From NCBI GenBank assembly GCA_964429135.1, contig CAYSAU010000015.1:8312-72311 (forward strand): DNA of 64,000 nucleotides, in the 5' to 3' direction. The notes beneath the pieces are model-generated. The model saw only the letters and a list, made by a program, of their open reading frames with translations, had not been told where the DNA came from and ran no database searches. How positions within the stretch are numbered: the stretch's first letter is position 1; each line of letters begins with the position of its first letter. The translations under genes and the position numbers were made by a program. The DNA comes from an uncultured Prolixibacteraceae bacterium (GTDB taxonomy: Bacteria; Bacteroidota; Bacteroidia; Bacteroidales; FEN-979). This document shows, one piece after another, positions 1-10,073 of this stretch.

Positions 1-1
1 T

Positions 2-457
2 GCAGGAGAGGTTCATAAGTATTTCAACCCCTATAGCTCTCCCTATGAAGCATTCATCAATTATATGAACGTTCTTTCTGATTTTATGATCCGTGTGGAT
101 GATGCACTGATGAAAGAAACTCCTTTGAAAAAGGAACAACAGGAAAAGAAACCAAAAACAACAGTTCCAAGGCCCAAGAAAAAGGAGGAAGCTTATAAAA
201 AGCTCAATTTCGATGATATCATCCGATTAAATGATAAGAAAGTTAAAGACCTGATCCGGAAAGTGGATGTCAGGATCATTACCTGTGCCATGAAAGGAGC
301 CGATAAAGACCTTCAGGCTAAGGTCGAAAAAAACCTTGGAGTGAGGGCAAAAAAATCATATCAGGAGGTTTTAAAAACCATTAAAGGACTGACCGCTACA
401 GAAGTGAATAAATACCGTAAACAAATCGTGAAGGAAATCAATAACCTGACAAAATAG
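2..457 (+). CDS. 3' part of a gene whose product ends in a FliG_C / MgtE_N-like helical domain (5' end probably outside the window)
   Basis: Frame 2 is open from base 2 with no stop before the ATG at 65, so the ORF probably begins upstream of the window. The C-terminal segment FDDIIRLNDKKVKDLIRKVDVRIITCAMKGADKDLQAKVEKNLGVRAKKSYQEVLKTIKGLTATEVNKYRKQIVKEINNL follows the FliG C-terminal domain pattern (..l..l.d..lq.llr.vd...la.ALkga..el..kil.nls.ra...l.e.l...g.v...ev..aq..iv..i..L). The TAG stop at 455-457 lies 1 nt before the next ATG. Confidence 0.55.
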   Translation, partial: AGEVHKYFNPYSSPYEAFINYMNVLSDFMIRVDDALMKETPLKKEQQEKKPKTTVPRPKKKEEAYKKLNFDDIIRLNDKKVKDLIRKVDVRIITCAMKGADKDLQAKVEKNLGVRAKKSYQEVLKTIKGLTATEVNKYRKQIVKEINNLTK

Positions 458-458
458 C

Positions 459-3400
459 ATGGTGACAAAAGAAAAACATAGCAATATCCCGGATTATCTG
501 TTTGAGACAAGCTGGCAAGTTTGCAATGAAGGCAAGGGTATTCATACCGCACTTTCGACAAAAGCCGCAATATTAGCGGATGAATTCAAGGATAATTATA
601 TTCTGATCGGCCCTGATGTCTGGAAAGAAACCCATCAGAATCCTGAATTCACTGAGGATAAATTTCTATATAAATCATGGAGAGAGAAAGCAGAAAGTGA
701 AGGTTTCCGTTTAAAGATAGGTCGTTGGAATACCCATGGCAAACCAATTGTCATTTTGGTAGATTTCACACCGTTTTTTTCGGAAAAGGATAGAATTTTT
801 GCCCACTTTTGGGAAAGATATGCACTGGATAGTCTGACCGGAGGTTGGGATTATGTTGAACCTGCCCTTTTTGGCTATGCTGCTGGAAAAATAATTGAAA
901 GTTTTTATAATTTTAATTTATCCCACCACGATAAAATTATTGCACAGTTTCATGACTGGATGACCGGAACCGGTGTTCTTTATGTAAATGAAAACATTCC
1001 CCAGGTAGGGACTGTTTTTACTGCACATGGAACGGTTTTGGGTCGTTGTATTGCGGACCATGGGCTTCCCTTGTATAAAAACCTTGAAAATTACAATGGA
1101 GAATCCATTTCAAAGCAGTTTGGTTTGGTTTCAAAACATTCTTTAGAGCGGCTTTCAGCCGAGGAGGCCGATGTTTTTACTACCTTAAGTGAATTAACCA
1201 ATAATGAATGTCGTCAATTCCTGGAAAAGGAAGCCGATACGATTACACCTAACGGTTTTGACGATTCCTTTGTCCCTGTTAAGGAAGATTACTATGCAAG
1301 ACGCGCAGTTGCCCGAAATAAAATGTTTGAAGTCGCTGAAGGCCTGCTCGGGCAACAACTTTCCAGGAGCAGTATCTTTATCATCAATAGCGGACGTTAC
1401 GAGTTTCACAATAAGGGAATAGATCTGTTTATTGATGCCATGGGGAAATTAAACAGGGATCCCAGGTTAATTCAAACCGTGATTGCCTTTATTGCAGTAC
1501 CTGCTTCCCAGGTTGGGCCAAGAAAAGAACTGATCAGTAGAATAACTAAAAAGGAGTTTTACGAGCCCCTGAAAGAGGAATATTTAACCCATGGGCTACA
1601 TGAACCTGAAAATGACAGGATCCTTAAACGGATTGCAGAAAACAACCTCAAAAACAGTATCAATGATAAAGTTAAGATTATTTATGTGCCTACATTCCTC
1701 AATGGAGATGATGGCATCTTTAATCTAAAATATTATGACTTTTTGATTGGTTTTGACGGTTCCATATTTCCCTCTTACTACGAACCATGGGGTTATACAC
1801 CGCTGGAAAGTCTTGCTTTTCATATCCCTTCCATTACCACCTCCCTGTCTGGATTCGGGCAATGGATTAAAACCATGTATCCCACCCTGAAAGATTGCAC
1901 CGCGGTGATTGAAAGAAATGATGACAATGACCAGGAGGTTGTCGAGGAGATCGTCAGACATGTAGTTCAGTGCAGCCTCAAAACCGAAAAGGAAATCATT
2001 AAGATACGAATCAAAGCCTTTGAGATTTCACGTGCAGCCTTATGGGGAAATATGATAGATCATTATAAACGTGCTTATTCCCTGGCGCTTGAGGAAACCC
2101 GTGGAAGGACAGAACTCTTTGCCGGAAAACAACCCCAGGTTCAGACACAAGCCTATAAAACCATTCTGGAAAATAAACCAGACTGGAAAAAAGTCCTCAT
2201 CCAGCAAAAAATTCCTGATAACCTGACCAGTCTCGAACGTCTTTCAAAAAATCTATGGTGGTCATGGAATTATGAAGGCGGAGAGCTTTTTGAAATGATT
2301 CACAAAGAAAGATGGTATGAATTGAAATTTAATCCGATTGCCTTGTTGGAATCCCTGAGCTATAATGAGCTTCAGGATTTAAGCGCCAATGAGAAAATAG
2401 TGAGCAAATTGAAACGGGTTACAGCCAAATTTGATGCTTATATGGCAAAAGCCGAAGAAAAACCTGCTGATATGGTCGCCTACTTCAGTATGGAATATGG
2501 CTTGCATGATACCGTTAAGATTTTCTCTGGAGGACTCGGGTTGCTGGCAGGGGATTATCTTAAAGAAGCCAGTGATTCAAATGTTAATATCATTGGTGTC
2601 GGACTTTTATACCGTTATGGATATTTCAAGCAAACCTTATCCCTGTTCGGGGATCAGATTGCCGTTTATTCTCCTCAGAAATTCACACACCTTCCTTTAA
2701 TTCCTATCCGCGATAAAGAAGGGAACTGGTTGAAAGTCACTTTTGCCCTGCCAGGCCGTACCATGTATGCTAAGGTTTGGAGGGTGGACGTCGGAAGGGT
2801 TCCTTTATTCCTTATGGATACCGATATTGAAGAAAATTCCGAAGCGGATCGTAGCATTACACATCAACTTTATGGAGGAGATCTGGAAAACAGGTTACGA
2901 CAGGAAATCCTTCTTGGAATTGGAGGGATCCGTATGCTTGAAGGTATGGGGATCAAACCAAACATCTATCATTCCAATGAAGGACATTCTGCATTTATAG
3001 GTTTGGAAAGATTAAGAAAGTTAATTCAGAATGAAAAACTGACCTATCCACAGGCCGTGGAAGTAGTACGTTCCTCCACCTTATTTACAACCCATACGCC
3101 AGTACCTGCCGGTCACGATACTTTCCCGGAAGATTTGCTGAGGCTTTATTTGTCACACTATCCTGATCATCTGAATATAAAATGGGATCAGTTTGTTAAT
3201 CTTGGTCGAATGGTGGAAGATGATCATAATGAGAAATTCTCTATGAGCGTGCTGGCCGCGAAACTTTCACAGGAAATCAATGGAGTGAGCAGAATACACG
3301 GGAATGTGACCAGAGAAATGTTTGCAAAATTATATAATGGGTATTATCCTCAGGAATTGCATATCGGGTACGTGACCAATGGAGTACATTACCCGACCTG

Positions 3401-4712
3401 GACAGCTAAATCATGGCAGCAGTTGTTTCAGAAGGAATTCGGAGAAGACTTCCTAAATGATCAGTCCAACCCCGTTTATTGGAACCGTATCCATAATGTG
3501 GAGGATGAAGTTATATGGAAAACAAAACTCAAACAGAAGGAACAACTCAATGAATATTTGTTTGGAAGAATATTTGAGGAAATGACCGTAAGGCATGAAA
3601 ACCCCAAATTGATTTTTAAAATCCGAGAAGCTACCCGCCCTGTTGCACTTACGATCGGTTTTGCCCGAAGATTTGCTACATATAAAAGAGCTCACTTGCT
3701 TTTCAGTAACCTTGACCGGCTTTCAAAAATCGTTAATAATAAGGAAAAGCCAGTGAGGTTTTTATTTGCCGGTAAAGCTCATCCAAACGATAAAGCTGGT
3801 CAGGATCTGATCAAACGTATTTTCGAAATCTCACATCAGCAGGAATTTCTTGGAAAGATCCTCTTTATCGAGAATTATGATATTGAACTGGCTAAGTACC
3901 TGATCAGGGGTGTCGATATCTGGCTGAACACCCCTACAAGACCTTTGGAAGCCTCTGGAACCAGTGGTGAAAAAGCCGTGATGAACGGTGTTGTGAACTT
4001 CAGCGTGCTGGATGGATGGTGGGCTGAAGGTTATCGTCCAAACGCGGGTTGGGCACTGAAAGAAGAAGCTACTTATGATAATATGCAATTTCAGGATGAT
4101 CTTGATGCTGAAACCATTTACACTATACTGGAAGAAGAAATAGTTCCGATTTACTATGATTTAAATGAGAAAAATGTTCCTGAAAGATGGGTTACCTATA
4201 TCAAAAATACGATTTCTGACATTGCACCTCATTATACGATGAAACGTCAGTTAGACGATTATTACCGTCAGTATTATACCCGTTTGTTTAAACGGTCCAA
4301 AATCATGGCCGGAAAGAACTACGAAATGTCACGGCATATTGCCAGCTGGAAACGAAAAGTTCTTAGGGGATGGGATAGCATAGAAGTGCTTTCAGTTAAA
4401 GTCCCTGATTCCAACCAGAAACCTTTATCCCTGGGAGAATCTTTTAAGGCTGAAATTATTCTGGACTTGAATGAATTATCGGGTTCAGATATTGGAATTG
4501 AAGTAATCTTCGGAAAGAAAGTCAATGATGAAGTCAAAGAACCTTTGATGATACAGGAGTTGGAAATGATGAAATCAGAGAAGAATATTGTTTCTTTTGC
4601 TTGCGAAATTCCCATCAATCAGGCTGGAGTTTATGATTTTGTATTTCGTCTGTTTCCGAAAAGTCCTTTGTTGCCTCATCGTCAAGATTTTAATCTGGTG
4701 AAATGGATTTGA
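459..4712 (+). CDS. Fusion protein: eukaryote-type glycogen synthase (GT3) N-terminal half plus alpha-glucan phosphorylase (GT35, DUF3417-type) C-terminal half
   Basis: Single 1417-aa ORF. GT3 hallmarks in the N-terminal half: FETSWQVCNEGKGIHT, FHDWMTGTG, FTAHGTVLGR, SGRYEFHNKGIDLFIDA, FPSYYEPWGYTPLESLAFHIPSITTSLSGFG. GT35 hallmarks from about aa 575: NLWWSWN, AYFSMEYGLH..GGLGLLAGDYLKEASD, LFTTHTPVPAGHD, EASGTSGEKAVMNG (PLP-lysine region). Confidence 0.85.
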   Translation: MVTKEKHSNIPDYLFETSWQVCNEGKGIHTALSTKAAILADEFKDNYILIGPDVWKETHQNPEFTEDKFLYKSWREKAESEGFRLKIGRWNTHGKPIVILVDFTPFFSEKDRIFAHFWERYALDSLTGGWDYVEPALFGYAAGKIIESFYNFNLSHHDKIIAQFHDWMTGTGVLYVNENIPQVGTVFTAHGTVLGRCIADHGLPLYKNLENYNGESISKQFGLVSKHSLERLSAEEADVFTTLSELTNNECRQFLEKEADTITPNGFDDSFVPVKEDYYARRAVARNKMFEVAEGLLGQQLSRSSIFIINSGRYEFHNKGIDLFIDAMGKLNRDPRLIQTVIAFIAVPASQVGPRKELISRITKKEFYEPLKEEYLTHGLHEPENDRILKRIAENNLKNSINDKVKIIYVPTFLNGDDGIFNLKYYDFLIGFDGSIFPSYYEPWGYTPLESLAFHIPSITTSLSGFGQWIKTMYPTLKDCTAVIERNDDNDQEVVEEIVRHVVQCSLKTEKEIIKIRIKAFEISRAALWGNMIDHYKRAYSLALEETRGRTELFAGKQPQVQTQAYKTILENKPDWKKVLIQQKIPDNLTSLERLSKNLWWSWNYEGGELFEMIHKERWYELKFNPIALLESLSYNELQDLSANEKIVSKLKRVTAKFDAYMAKAEEKPADMVAYFSMEYGLHDTVKIFSGGLGLLAGDYLKEASDSNVNIIGVGLLYRYGYFKQTLSLFGDQIAVYSPQKFTHLPLIPIRDKEGNWLKVTFALPGRTMYAKVWRVDVGRVPLFLMDTDIEENSEADRSITHQLYGGDLENRLRQEILLGIGGIRMLEGMGIKPNIYHSNEGHSAFIGLERLRKLIQNEKLTYPQAVEVVRSSTLFTTHTPVPAGHDTFPEDLLRLYLSHYPDHLNIKWDQFVNLGRMVEDDHNEKFSMSVLAAKLSQEINGVSRIHGNVTREMFAKLYNGYYPQELHIGYVTNGVHYPTWTAKSWQQLFQKEFGEDFLNDQSNPVYWNRIHNVEDEVIWKTKLKQKEQLNEYLFGRIFEEMTVRHENPKLIFKIREATRPVALTIGFARRFATYKRAHLLFSNLDRLSKIVNNKEKPVRFLFAGKAHPNDKAGQDLIKRIFEISHQQEFLGKILFIENYDIELAKYLIRGVDIWLNTPTRPLEASGTSGEKAVMNGVVNFSVLDGWWAEGYRPNAGWALKEEATYDNMQFQDDLDAETIYTILEEEIVPIYYDLNEKNVPERWVTYIKNTISDIAPHYTMKRQLDDYYRQYYTRLFKRSKIMAGKNYEMSRHIASWKRKVLRGWDSIEVLSVKVPDSNQKPLSLGESFKAEIILDLNELSGSDIGIEVIFGKKVNDEVKEPLMIQELEMMKSEKNIVSFACEIPINQAGVYDFVFRLFPKSPLLPHRQDFNLVKWI

Positions 4713-4748
4713 TTTTGAATTCAATATTTTTTTTATAATAACTTAAAT

Positions 4749-5495
4749 ATGAAATTGTTAGAAGGAAAAACAGCGTTAATAACCGGTGCAAACCGGGGAA
4801 TAGGTCGGAGTATTGCCGTGAAATTTGCCAAGCATGGTGCAAATGTTGCATTCTCAGATATCAGCTATGATGATCAGTCAATCAGCCTGGAAAAAGAGCT
4901 TGAAAGTTATGGGGTAAAAGCGAAAGGTTACGCTTCTGATGCAAGTTCTTTCCCGGAAAGCGAACAACTGGTCAACAAGGTGGTGAATGATTTTAATGCC
5001 CTGGATATTCTGGTCAATAACGCGGGCATCACGCGTGATAATCTCTTACTTCGGATGAATGAAGCGGACTGGGACAGGGTTATTAACATCAACCTTAAAT
5101 CCGTTTTCAATCTAACCAAAGCAGTGCAGAAATTCATGATTAAACAAAGGTCAGGGTCCATTATCAACATGAGTTCCATCGTAGGGGTTGAAGGGAATGG
5201 CGGACAATCAAATTATGCTGCTTCCAAAGCGGGTATCATCGGTTTTTCAAAATCAGTGGCACAGGAACTAGGCTCCCGGAATATCCGATGCAATGCCATC
5301 GCACCCGGCTTTATCGAAACAGAAATGACCGCAAAACTCCCCCAGGAGTATATAGATAAATGGGCCAGCGATATTCCCATGAAACGCGCCGGAACCCCAG
5401 ATGATGTTGCCAATCTTGCCCTATTCCTGGCTTCCGACCTGAGCTCATACATCACCGGACAAGTGATCACAGTTTGTGGAGGACTTCATACCTGA
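4749..5495 (+). CDS. fabG: 3-oxoacyl-[acyl-carrier-protein] reductase
   Basis: 248 aa classical SDR with TGANRGIGRSIA cofactor motif, NNAGI, catalytic S...YAASKAG, and a C-terminal ITGQVITVCGG typical of FabG. Confidence 0.9.
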   Translation: MKLLEGKTALITGANRGIGRSIAVKFAKHGANVAFSDISYDDQSISLEKELESYGVKAKGYASDASSFPESEQLVNKVVNDFNALDILVNNAGITRDNLLLRMNEADWDRVININLKSVFNLTKAVQKFMIKQRSGSIINMSSIVGVEGNGGQSNYAASKAGIIGFSKSVAQELGSRNIRCNAIAPGFIETEMTAKLPQEYIDKWASDIPMKRAGTPDDVANLALFLASDLSSYITGQVITVCGGLHT

Positions 5496-5509
5496 TCAAA
5501 TCCTGAACC

Positions 5510-7582
5510 TTGACACTGGTTATTGAATACTCCTTCTGGCTGATTCTGCTTTGCATCCTTTTTGGGGCATTGGCAAGCTATTTTTTATATTTCTTTCGAC
5601 TGAAAACAGATGCCTCAGATCGTTTAATATATTCCCTGATGGGGCTGCGCTTTGTATCTGTTTTTCTTATATCATTTCTTCTTCTATCTCCCTTGATCCG
5701 ACAAAACATTGAAAGCATTGAAAAGCCATTGATTCTGATGGGAATCGATAATTCCGAATCAATCCTGATGAATAAGGATTCACTTTTTTATAAAAATGTA
5801 CTTCCAGAAAAATTGAATTCCTTAATTGAAAACTTGAAAAAAGATTATGAGGTTAAGGTCTTTGCATTCGGAGAATCGGTCGAACCATATTCATTTGCGA
5901 ATTTTAACAAGAAACAAACCGATATAGCTGGTTTTTTATCGGAAATGGAGAATGCTTATGTAAATCGTAATGTCGGAGCCATGGTTTTGGTTTCGGATGG
6001 GATTTATAACAAAGGTTTGGATCCTTATTACGCTGCCAGTAACCTTCCTTTCAGGATATATTGTGTTCCACTTGGAGACACGATTCAGCACAGGGATGTA
6101 ATTCTCCGGAAGGTTGACTTTAACCCGACTGTTTTTTTGGGCGATAGATTTCCATTGGAGATAGGATATGCTGCCTATTTCTGCAAGGGAATGAAAACCC
6201 GTTTGATGGTTAAACAAGGGAAAAAAACTGTTTTTTCGAAAGAGATCATCCCGGGTTCAGAGGAGGTCAATGCTCAGGTAAAACTTTACCTGGATGCAAC
6301 AGAAATTGGTCGGCAGTTCATTGAGATCAGCTTGGATCCAGTTGATGAAGAAACCAGCAAAGCAAATAATTCCAGCAGAATCGTTATACAGGTATTGAAT
6401 TCCAGGGAAAAGATTGCCCTGCTTTACCATGCACCCCATCCGGATATAGCTGCCTTTGAAAAAGCATTGTCAAAATCAGGGCGTTATGAGATCACAACCG
6501 CTTCTCTGGAGAATTTTTCTGCCTTATCTGAAAAATTTGACCTGATGATTTTTCATCAGCTCCCCTCCATACAGTCTGATGTGAAGCTGGATCCTTTTCT
6601 CAATTCAGGAACCCCTGTTTTGTTTATCCTTGGAACACAATCTGACCTGAACGCATTCAATAAACTTAATCAGGGATTGAATATTAATGCAGTAAAAACA
6701 AATGTAACCGAAGCTCAACCGGTTATGAATGAGAATTTTTCTTTATTCACCCTGGACCAAAATATCTCCGCAGCATTTGCAGCTTATCCACCCTTACTCA
6801 GCCCTCTGGGCGCTTATCAATACAATCCTATCAGTGAAATTTTATGCTTCCAGAAGATCGGGATGGTGAATACAAGGATCCCACAAATCCTGTTTACTGT
6901 CCAAAATAACAGGAGAACAGGGATCATTGCAGGAGAAAATCTTTGGAAGTGGAGACTCTCTGAATTTATTGCCCATTCAAACAACGATGCCTTCGACGGC
7001 TTGATCAATAAAATTGTGCAATTGCTTTCCGTAACAGAAGATAAAAGTTTTTTCAGGGTAAAAACTAAGGATCCCGTTATGCAAAATGAAGCTGTTTTCT
7101 TTGAAGCCGAATTGTATAACGAATCTTATGAGCTGATCAATGATCCGGAAGTGAACCTGCTGATCACCGATTCAACAAAAAAAACCTACCCCTACATTTT
7201 TAATAAAACAGATCAGGCTTATCAGCTTAATCTGGGCATTTTTCCCATCGGAACCTATACTTATAAGGCATTCGTAAAACATGGACAGAAACAGTACGAA
7301 AAATCAGGAAGTTTTACGGTGATGCCTGTCAATCATGAGGCGGTCAACCTCCTTGCAGACCATCATCTATTATCCAGGATTGCCACTTCACATAATGGAG
7401 AAACCATTCCCCCGGCTCAACTTCAGAAAATAAAACAATTGCTGGATGAAAGAGACGATATCCATTCCATTTCCAATCTGCAAAAAAAGTTTACAGACCT
7501 GATCGGAAATCCATGGTTATTCGCTATTATACTCATCCTCCTTTCAGCCGAATGGACGATCAGAAAACGCAGTGGTTTATAA
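5510..7582 (+). CDS. Membrane-anchored vWA-like domain protein (function unknown)
   Basis: 690-aa ORF with a TTG start 14 nt after fabG. It has N-terminal TM helices and a C-terminal TM helix (WLFAIILILLSAEW). A MIDAS-like DxSxS (GIDNSES) and VLVSDGIYNKG resemble von Willebrand A domains. Domain assignment is by eye only. Confidence 0.5.
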   Translation: MTLVIEYSFWLILLCILFGALASYFLYFFRLKTDASDRLIYSLMGLRFVSVFLISFLLLSPLIRQNIESIEKPLILMGIDNSESILMNKDSLFYKNVLPEKLNSLIENLKKDYEVKVFAFGESVEPYSFANFNKKQTDIAGFLSEMENAYVNRNVGAMVLVSDGIYNKGLDPYYAASNLPFRIYCVPLGDTIQHRDVILRKVDFNPTVFLGDRFPLEIGYAAYFCKGMKTRLMVKQGKKTVFSKEIIPGSEEVNAQVKLYLDATEIGRQFIEISLDPVDEETSKANNSSRIVIQVLNSREKIALLYHAPHPDIAAFEKALSKSGRYEITTASLENFSALSEKFDLMIFHQLPSIQSDVKLDPFLNSGTPVLFILGTQSDLNAFNKLNQGLNINAVKTNVTEAQPVMNENFSLFTLDQNISAAFAAYPPLLSPLGAYQYNPISEILCFQKIGMVNTRIPQILFTVQNNRRTGIIAGENLWKWRLSEFIAHSNNDAFDGLINKIVQLLSVTEDKSFFRVKTKDPVMQNEAVFFEAELYNESYELINDPEVNLLITDSTKKTYPYIFNKTDQAYQLNLGIFPIGTYTYKAFVKHGQKQYEKSGSFTVMPVNHEAVNLLADHHLLSRIATSHNGETIPPAQLQKIKQLLDERDDIHSISNLQKKFTDLIGNPWLFAIILILLSAEWTIRKRSGL

Positions 7583-8407
7583 ATCTTTCCTGTTTAAAGT
7601 CCAGAACACAATTCCAATCATGATTGTTGCATAAAGCAGTGGAATTGCCATGGAGACCAGGCTGACATTACCCTGTAATTCAAGTCCCATAACTTTTTTC
7701 AATACCGGTATGGCAGGGTACTCCGTAACCCTGAGGACAGCATTAACAGGAAGGTAGGTGGAAATAGTATTTTTAAAAAAGATCGGACTTTTCAGGAAAA
7801 AGTACAGTACCGGCTCCACAATCAGGGAGTAAAGCGTGAATAACGCGATGGTCAGGCCAGTATTTCTTAAAAGAAAGCCAAAAAAGAACGCATAAATTAA
7901 ATAGGAAAAAATGCTGACAAAAAATCCTGCCATAAATGGAATTCCTTTTGAAAAAAAAGAGATATCCTGAATACCACTATGGGATAAACCGATAATTAAT
8001 GCACCAAGGGTAAGCGATAGCAGCATAATAATAGAGACCAGTAAAATAAACTGCAACTTAGAAACAAGAAATTCAGCTTTACTCATGCCATTGATGATAT
8101 TCTGGCGAATGGTTTTAAAGGTAAATTCATTGGTAATCAGAATGATGATCACGATGGCCGGAAAGATTAGAATATACCTGATGGTAGCAAAAAATGCAAT
8201 GTTCTGCCATACATCAGGAAAAAAATAAATGGCCACATGAGGAAGAGGTATCGGAAGATGATGGTTCATGGAATCAACCATATGATTGATCATAAACTCC
8301 GCCAATAAAATACCGGAGGCGAGAAATAAAAAATATAATCCAAATAAAATCCAGAATACTTTATAGGTCAGGACTTTTTTAAATTCGATCTTGAGTAGTT
8401 TGGTCAT
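7577..8407 (-). CDS. ABC-2 type transporter permease
   Basis: 276 aa and strongly hydrophobic, with about 6 TM segments. Its start overlaps the stop of the upstream ATPase gene by 4 nt (ATGA), the typical ABC-2 exporter arrangement. Confidence 0.6.
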   Translation of the reverse strand: MTKLLKIEFKKVLTYKVFWILFGLYFLFLASGILLAEFMINHMVDSMNHHLPIPLPHVAIYFFPDVWQNIAFFATIRYILIFPAIVIIILITNEFTFKTIRQNIINGMSKAEFLVSKLQFILLVSIIMLLSLTLGALIIGLSHSGIQDISFFSKGIPFMAGFFVSIFSYLIYAFFFGFLLRNTGLTIALFTLYSLIVEPVLYFFLKSPIFFKNTISTYLPVNAVLRVTEYPAIPVLKKVMGLELQGNVSLVSMAIPLLYATIMIGIVFWTLNRKDL

Positions 8408-9324
8408 TGGTTATCTTGTAATAGTTCTAGAAAATGTTGTTCCAGGCTGCGTTTGCGTTCCGATAAATGGGTCAGAAGAATCCCGTGTTGCTGACAAAAC
8501 CTGTTTATTTCACCGGGATTGACCTGTGTGCTGAAATAAATCTGTAAATTCTCCCCATGAGGTTTCATGGATTTAAAACCGGGGAATTGCACAATCAGCT
8601 TTTCAAGTTCAGGGATTGTGTCGCTGGCAATTTCAAAGGAATCAGAAATTGCGAGCACTTCACTGACTTTGCCTTCAAATAATTGTTTTCCCTTATGCAA
8701 AACGGCAACATGACTGCATATTTTTTGTACCTCATCAAGGAGGTGAGAGGCCATAATGATGGTAATTCCCTGGGATGCCACCTGCAAAATAAGCTCTCTG
8801 ATACTGGCTATTCCCTGAGGGTCGAGACCATTTGTTGGTTCATCAAGTATCAGTACATCAGGATTTCCAAGCAGTGCTGATGCAATGGCCAGTCTTTGTT
8901 TCATCCCGAAAGAAAAAGTCCGGAATTTGGAATGTTTACGGCTGATCAGGTCCGTCATTGTCAGTACCCTGTCAATGTCGTCATAACCCATATCCTTGAT
9001 GTCCGCGACAATCTGGAGATTTTGACAGGCATCAAGATAAGGAAAGAAATTGGGACTTTCAATCACTGACCCTATATGCTTACGGCATTCCTTGGACGGC
9101 GGAGCGCCGAACCATTCAAAGTCACCCTTATCAGGCTTTAAAAGATCAAGAATGATGCTTAAAGTCGTGGTTTTTCCGCTGCCGTTTGGCCCAAGAATTC
9201 CGAATACCTGTCCTTTTTTTACTGTCACTGACAGATTGTTAACCGCTTGTACTTTTCCGTACTTTTTCGAAATTCCGTTGATGGTTAAGATTGTTTCCAA
9301 AATCTGAGGGGATAAGTTATTCAA
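8404..9324 (-). CDS. ABC transporter ATP-binding protein
   Basis: Walker A GPNGSGKTT, signature-like FSFGMKQR, Walker B LILDEPTNGLD, H-loop ASHLL. Confidence 0.9.
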   Translation of the reverse strand: MNNLSPQILETILTINGISKKYGKVQAVNNLSVTVKKGQVFGILGPNGSGKTTTLSIILDLLKPDKGDFEWFGAPPSKECRKHIGSVIESPNFFPYLDACQNLQIVADIKDMGYDDIDRVLTMTDLISRKHSKFRTFSFGMKQRLAIASALLGNPDVLILDEPTNGLDPQGIASIRELILQVASQGITIIMASHLLDEVQKICSHVAVLHKGKQLFEGKVSEVLAISDSFEIASDTIPELEKLIVQFPGFKSMKPHGENLQIYFSTQVNPGEINRFCQQHGILLTHLSERKRSLEQHFLELLQDNQ

Positions 9325-9359
9325 AAGTGTGACGTTAAGACGTGAACATTTTCATTGGG

Positions 9360-10073
9360 TTACAATCTGAAGTATAAAAGAAAAATCGCGGGACGTTTCC
9401 TTAACTCCGGATGGATCATTTTCCATTCCCGGATTGTCCTCGTCATGATCCATTCATCGTCCGTTGAAAGATCTACCGCAATACACAGCGCTGTATTCTC
9501 GTTACAGGTTTCCAACAGGGTATTGAAAAGCTGCAGGTTTCGGTAAGGAGTTTCAATGAATATCTGGGTCTGGTCTTTTTCATATGAAATTCTTTCCAAC
9601 TCCCGGATGCTTTTCTTCCTTTGTGTCTTATCCACTGGAAGATAGCCCGAAAATGTAAAATTCTGTCCATTGAAACCTGAAGCCATTAAGGCCAGAAAGA
9701 CTGATGAGGGTCCTGTCAGGGGAATCACCTGAATTCCGTGTTGGTGTGCCTGAGCGACAATCAGGCTTCCGGGGTCTGCAACGCAGGGCAATCCGGCTTC
9801 GGAAAGTAAGCCAATATCAAATCCATCGATTGATGGTTTAAGATAAATATGAAGATCAGCGTTCTTGGAATGCTCATTGAAGATCATGAACATTTCATCC
9901 TGAAGATCTTTATCAATACCGGCTATCCTGAGAAATCGCCTGGCCGTTCTGATTTCTTCAACAATAAAATGGTTCAGTTTGCAGATAATATCTAAATTCC
10001 TTTTCGGGAAAATAGTGTCGGGAGAACTTTTTCCGAGGGGAGTGGGGATTAGGTAAAGTTTTCCTTTATGCAT
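9360..10073 (-). CDS. rsmI: 16S rRNA (cytidine-2'-O)-methyltransferase RsmI (tetrapyrrole-methylase fold)
   Basis: The track ORF (to 10199) overlaps the upstream gene. The internal ATG at 10073 gives MHKGKLYLIPTPLG, the canonical RsmI N-terminus. GLPCVADPG and the family length (237 aa) fit. The start overlaps the upstream stop by 8 nt. Confidence 0.8.
   Translation of the reverse strand: MHKGKLYLIPTPLGKSSPDTIFPKRNLDIICKLNHFIVEEIRTARRFLRIAGIDKDLQDEMFMIFNEHSKNADLHIYLKPSIDGFDIGLLSEAGLPCVADPGSLIVAQAHQHGIQVIPLTGPSSVFLALMASGFNGQNFTFSGYLPVDKTQRKKSIRELERISYEKDQTQIFIETPYRNLQLFNTLLETCNENTALCIAVDLSTDDEWIMTRTIREWKMIHPELRKRPAIFLLYFRL

Noticed and set aside
8404-9324. Degenerate ABC signature FSFGMKQR instead of LSGGQ, as a sign of a non-catalytic ATPase.
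   Set aside because: The x-S-x-G-M-K-Q-R variant is normal for the ABC-2/bacitracin-type exporter subfamily, and Walker A, Walker B and the H-loop are intact.
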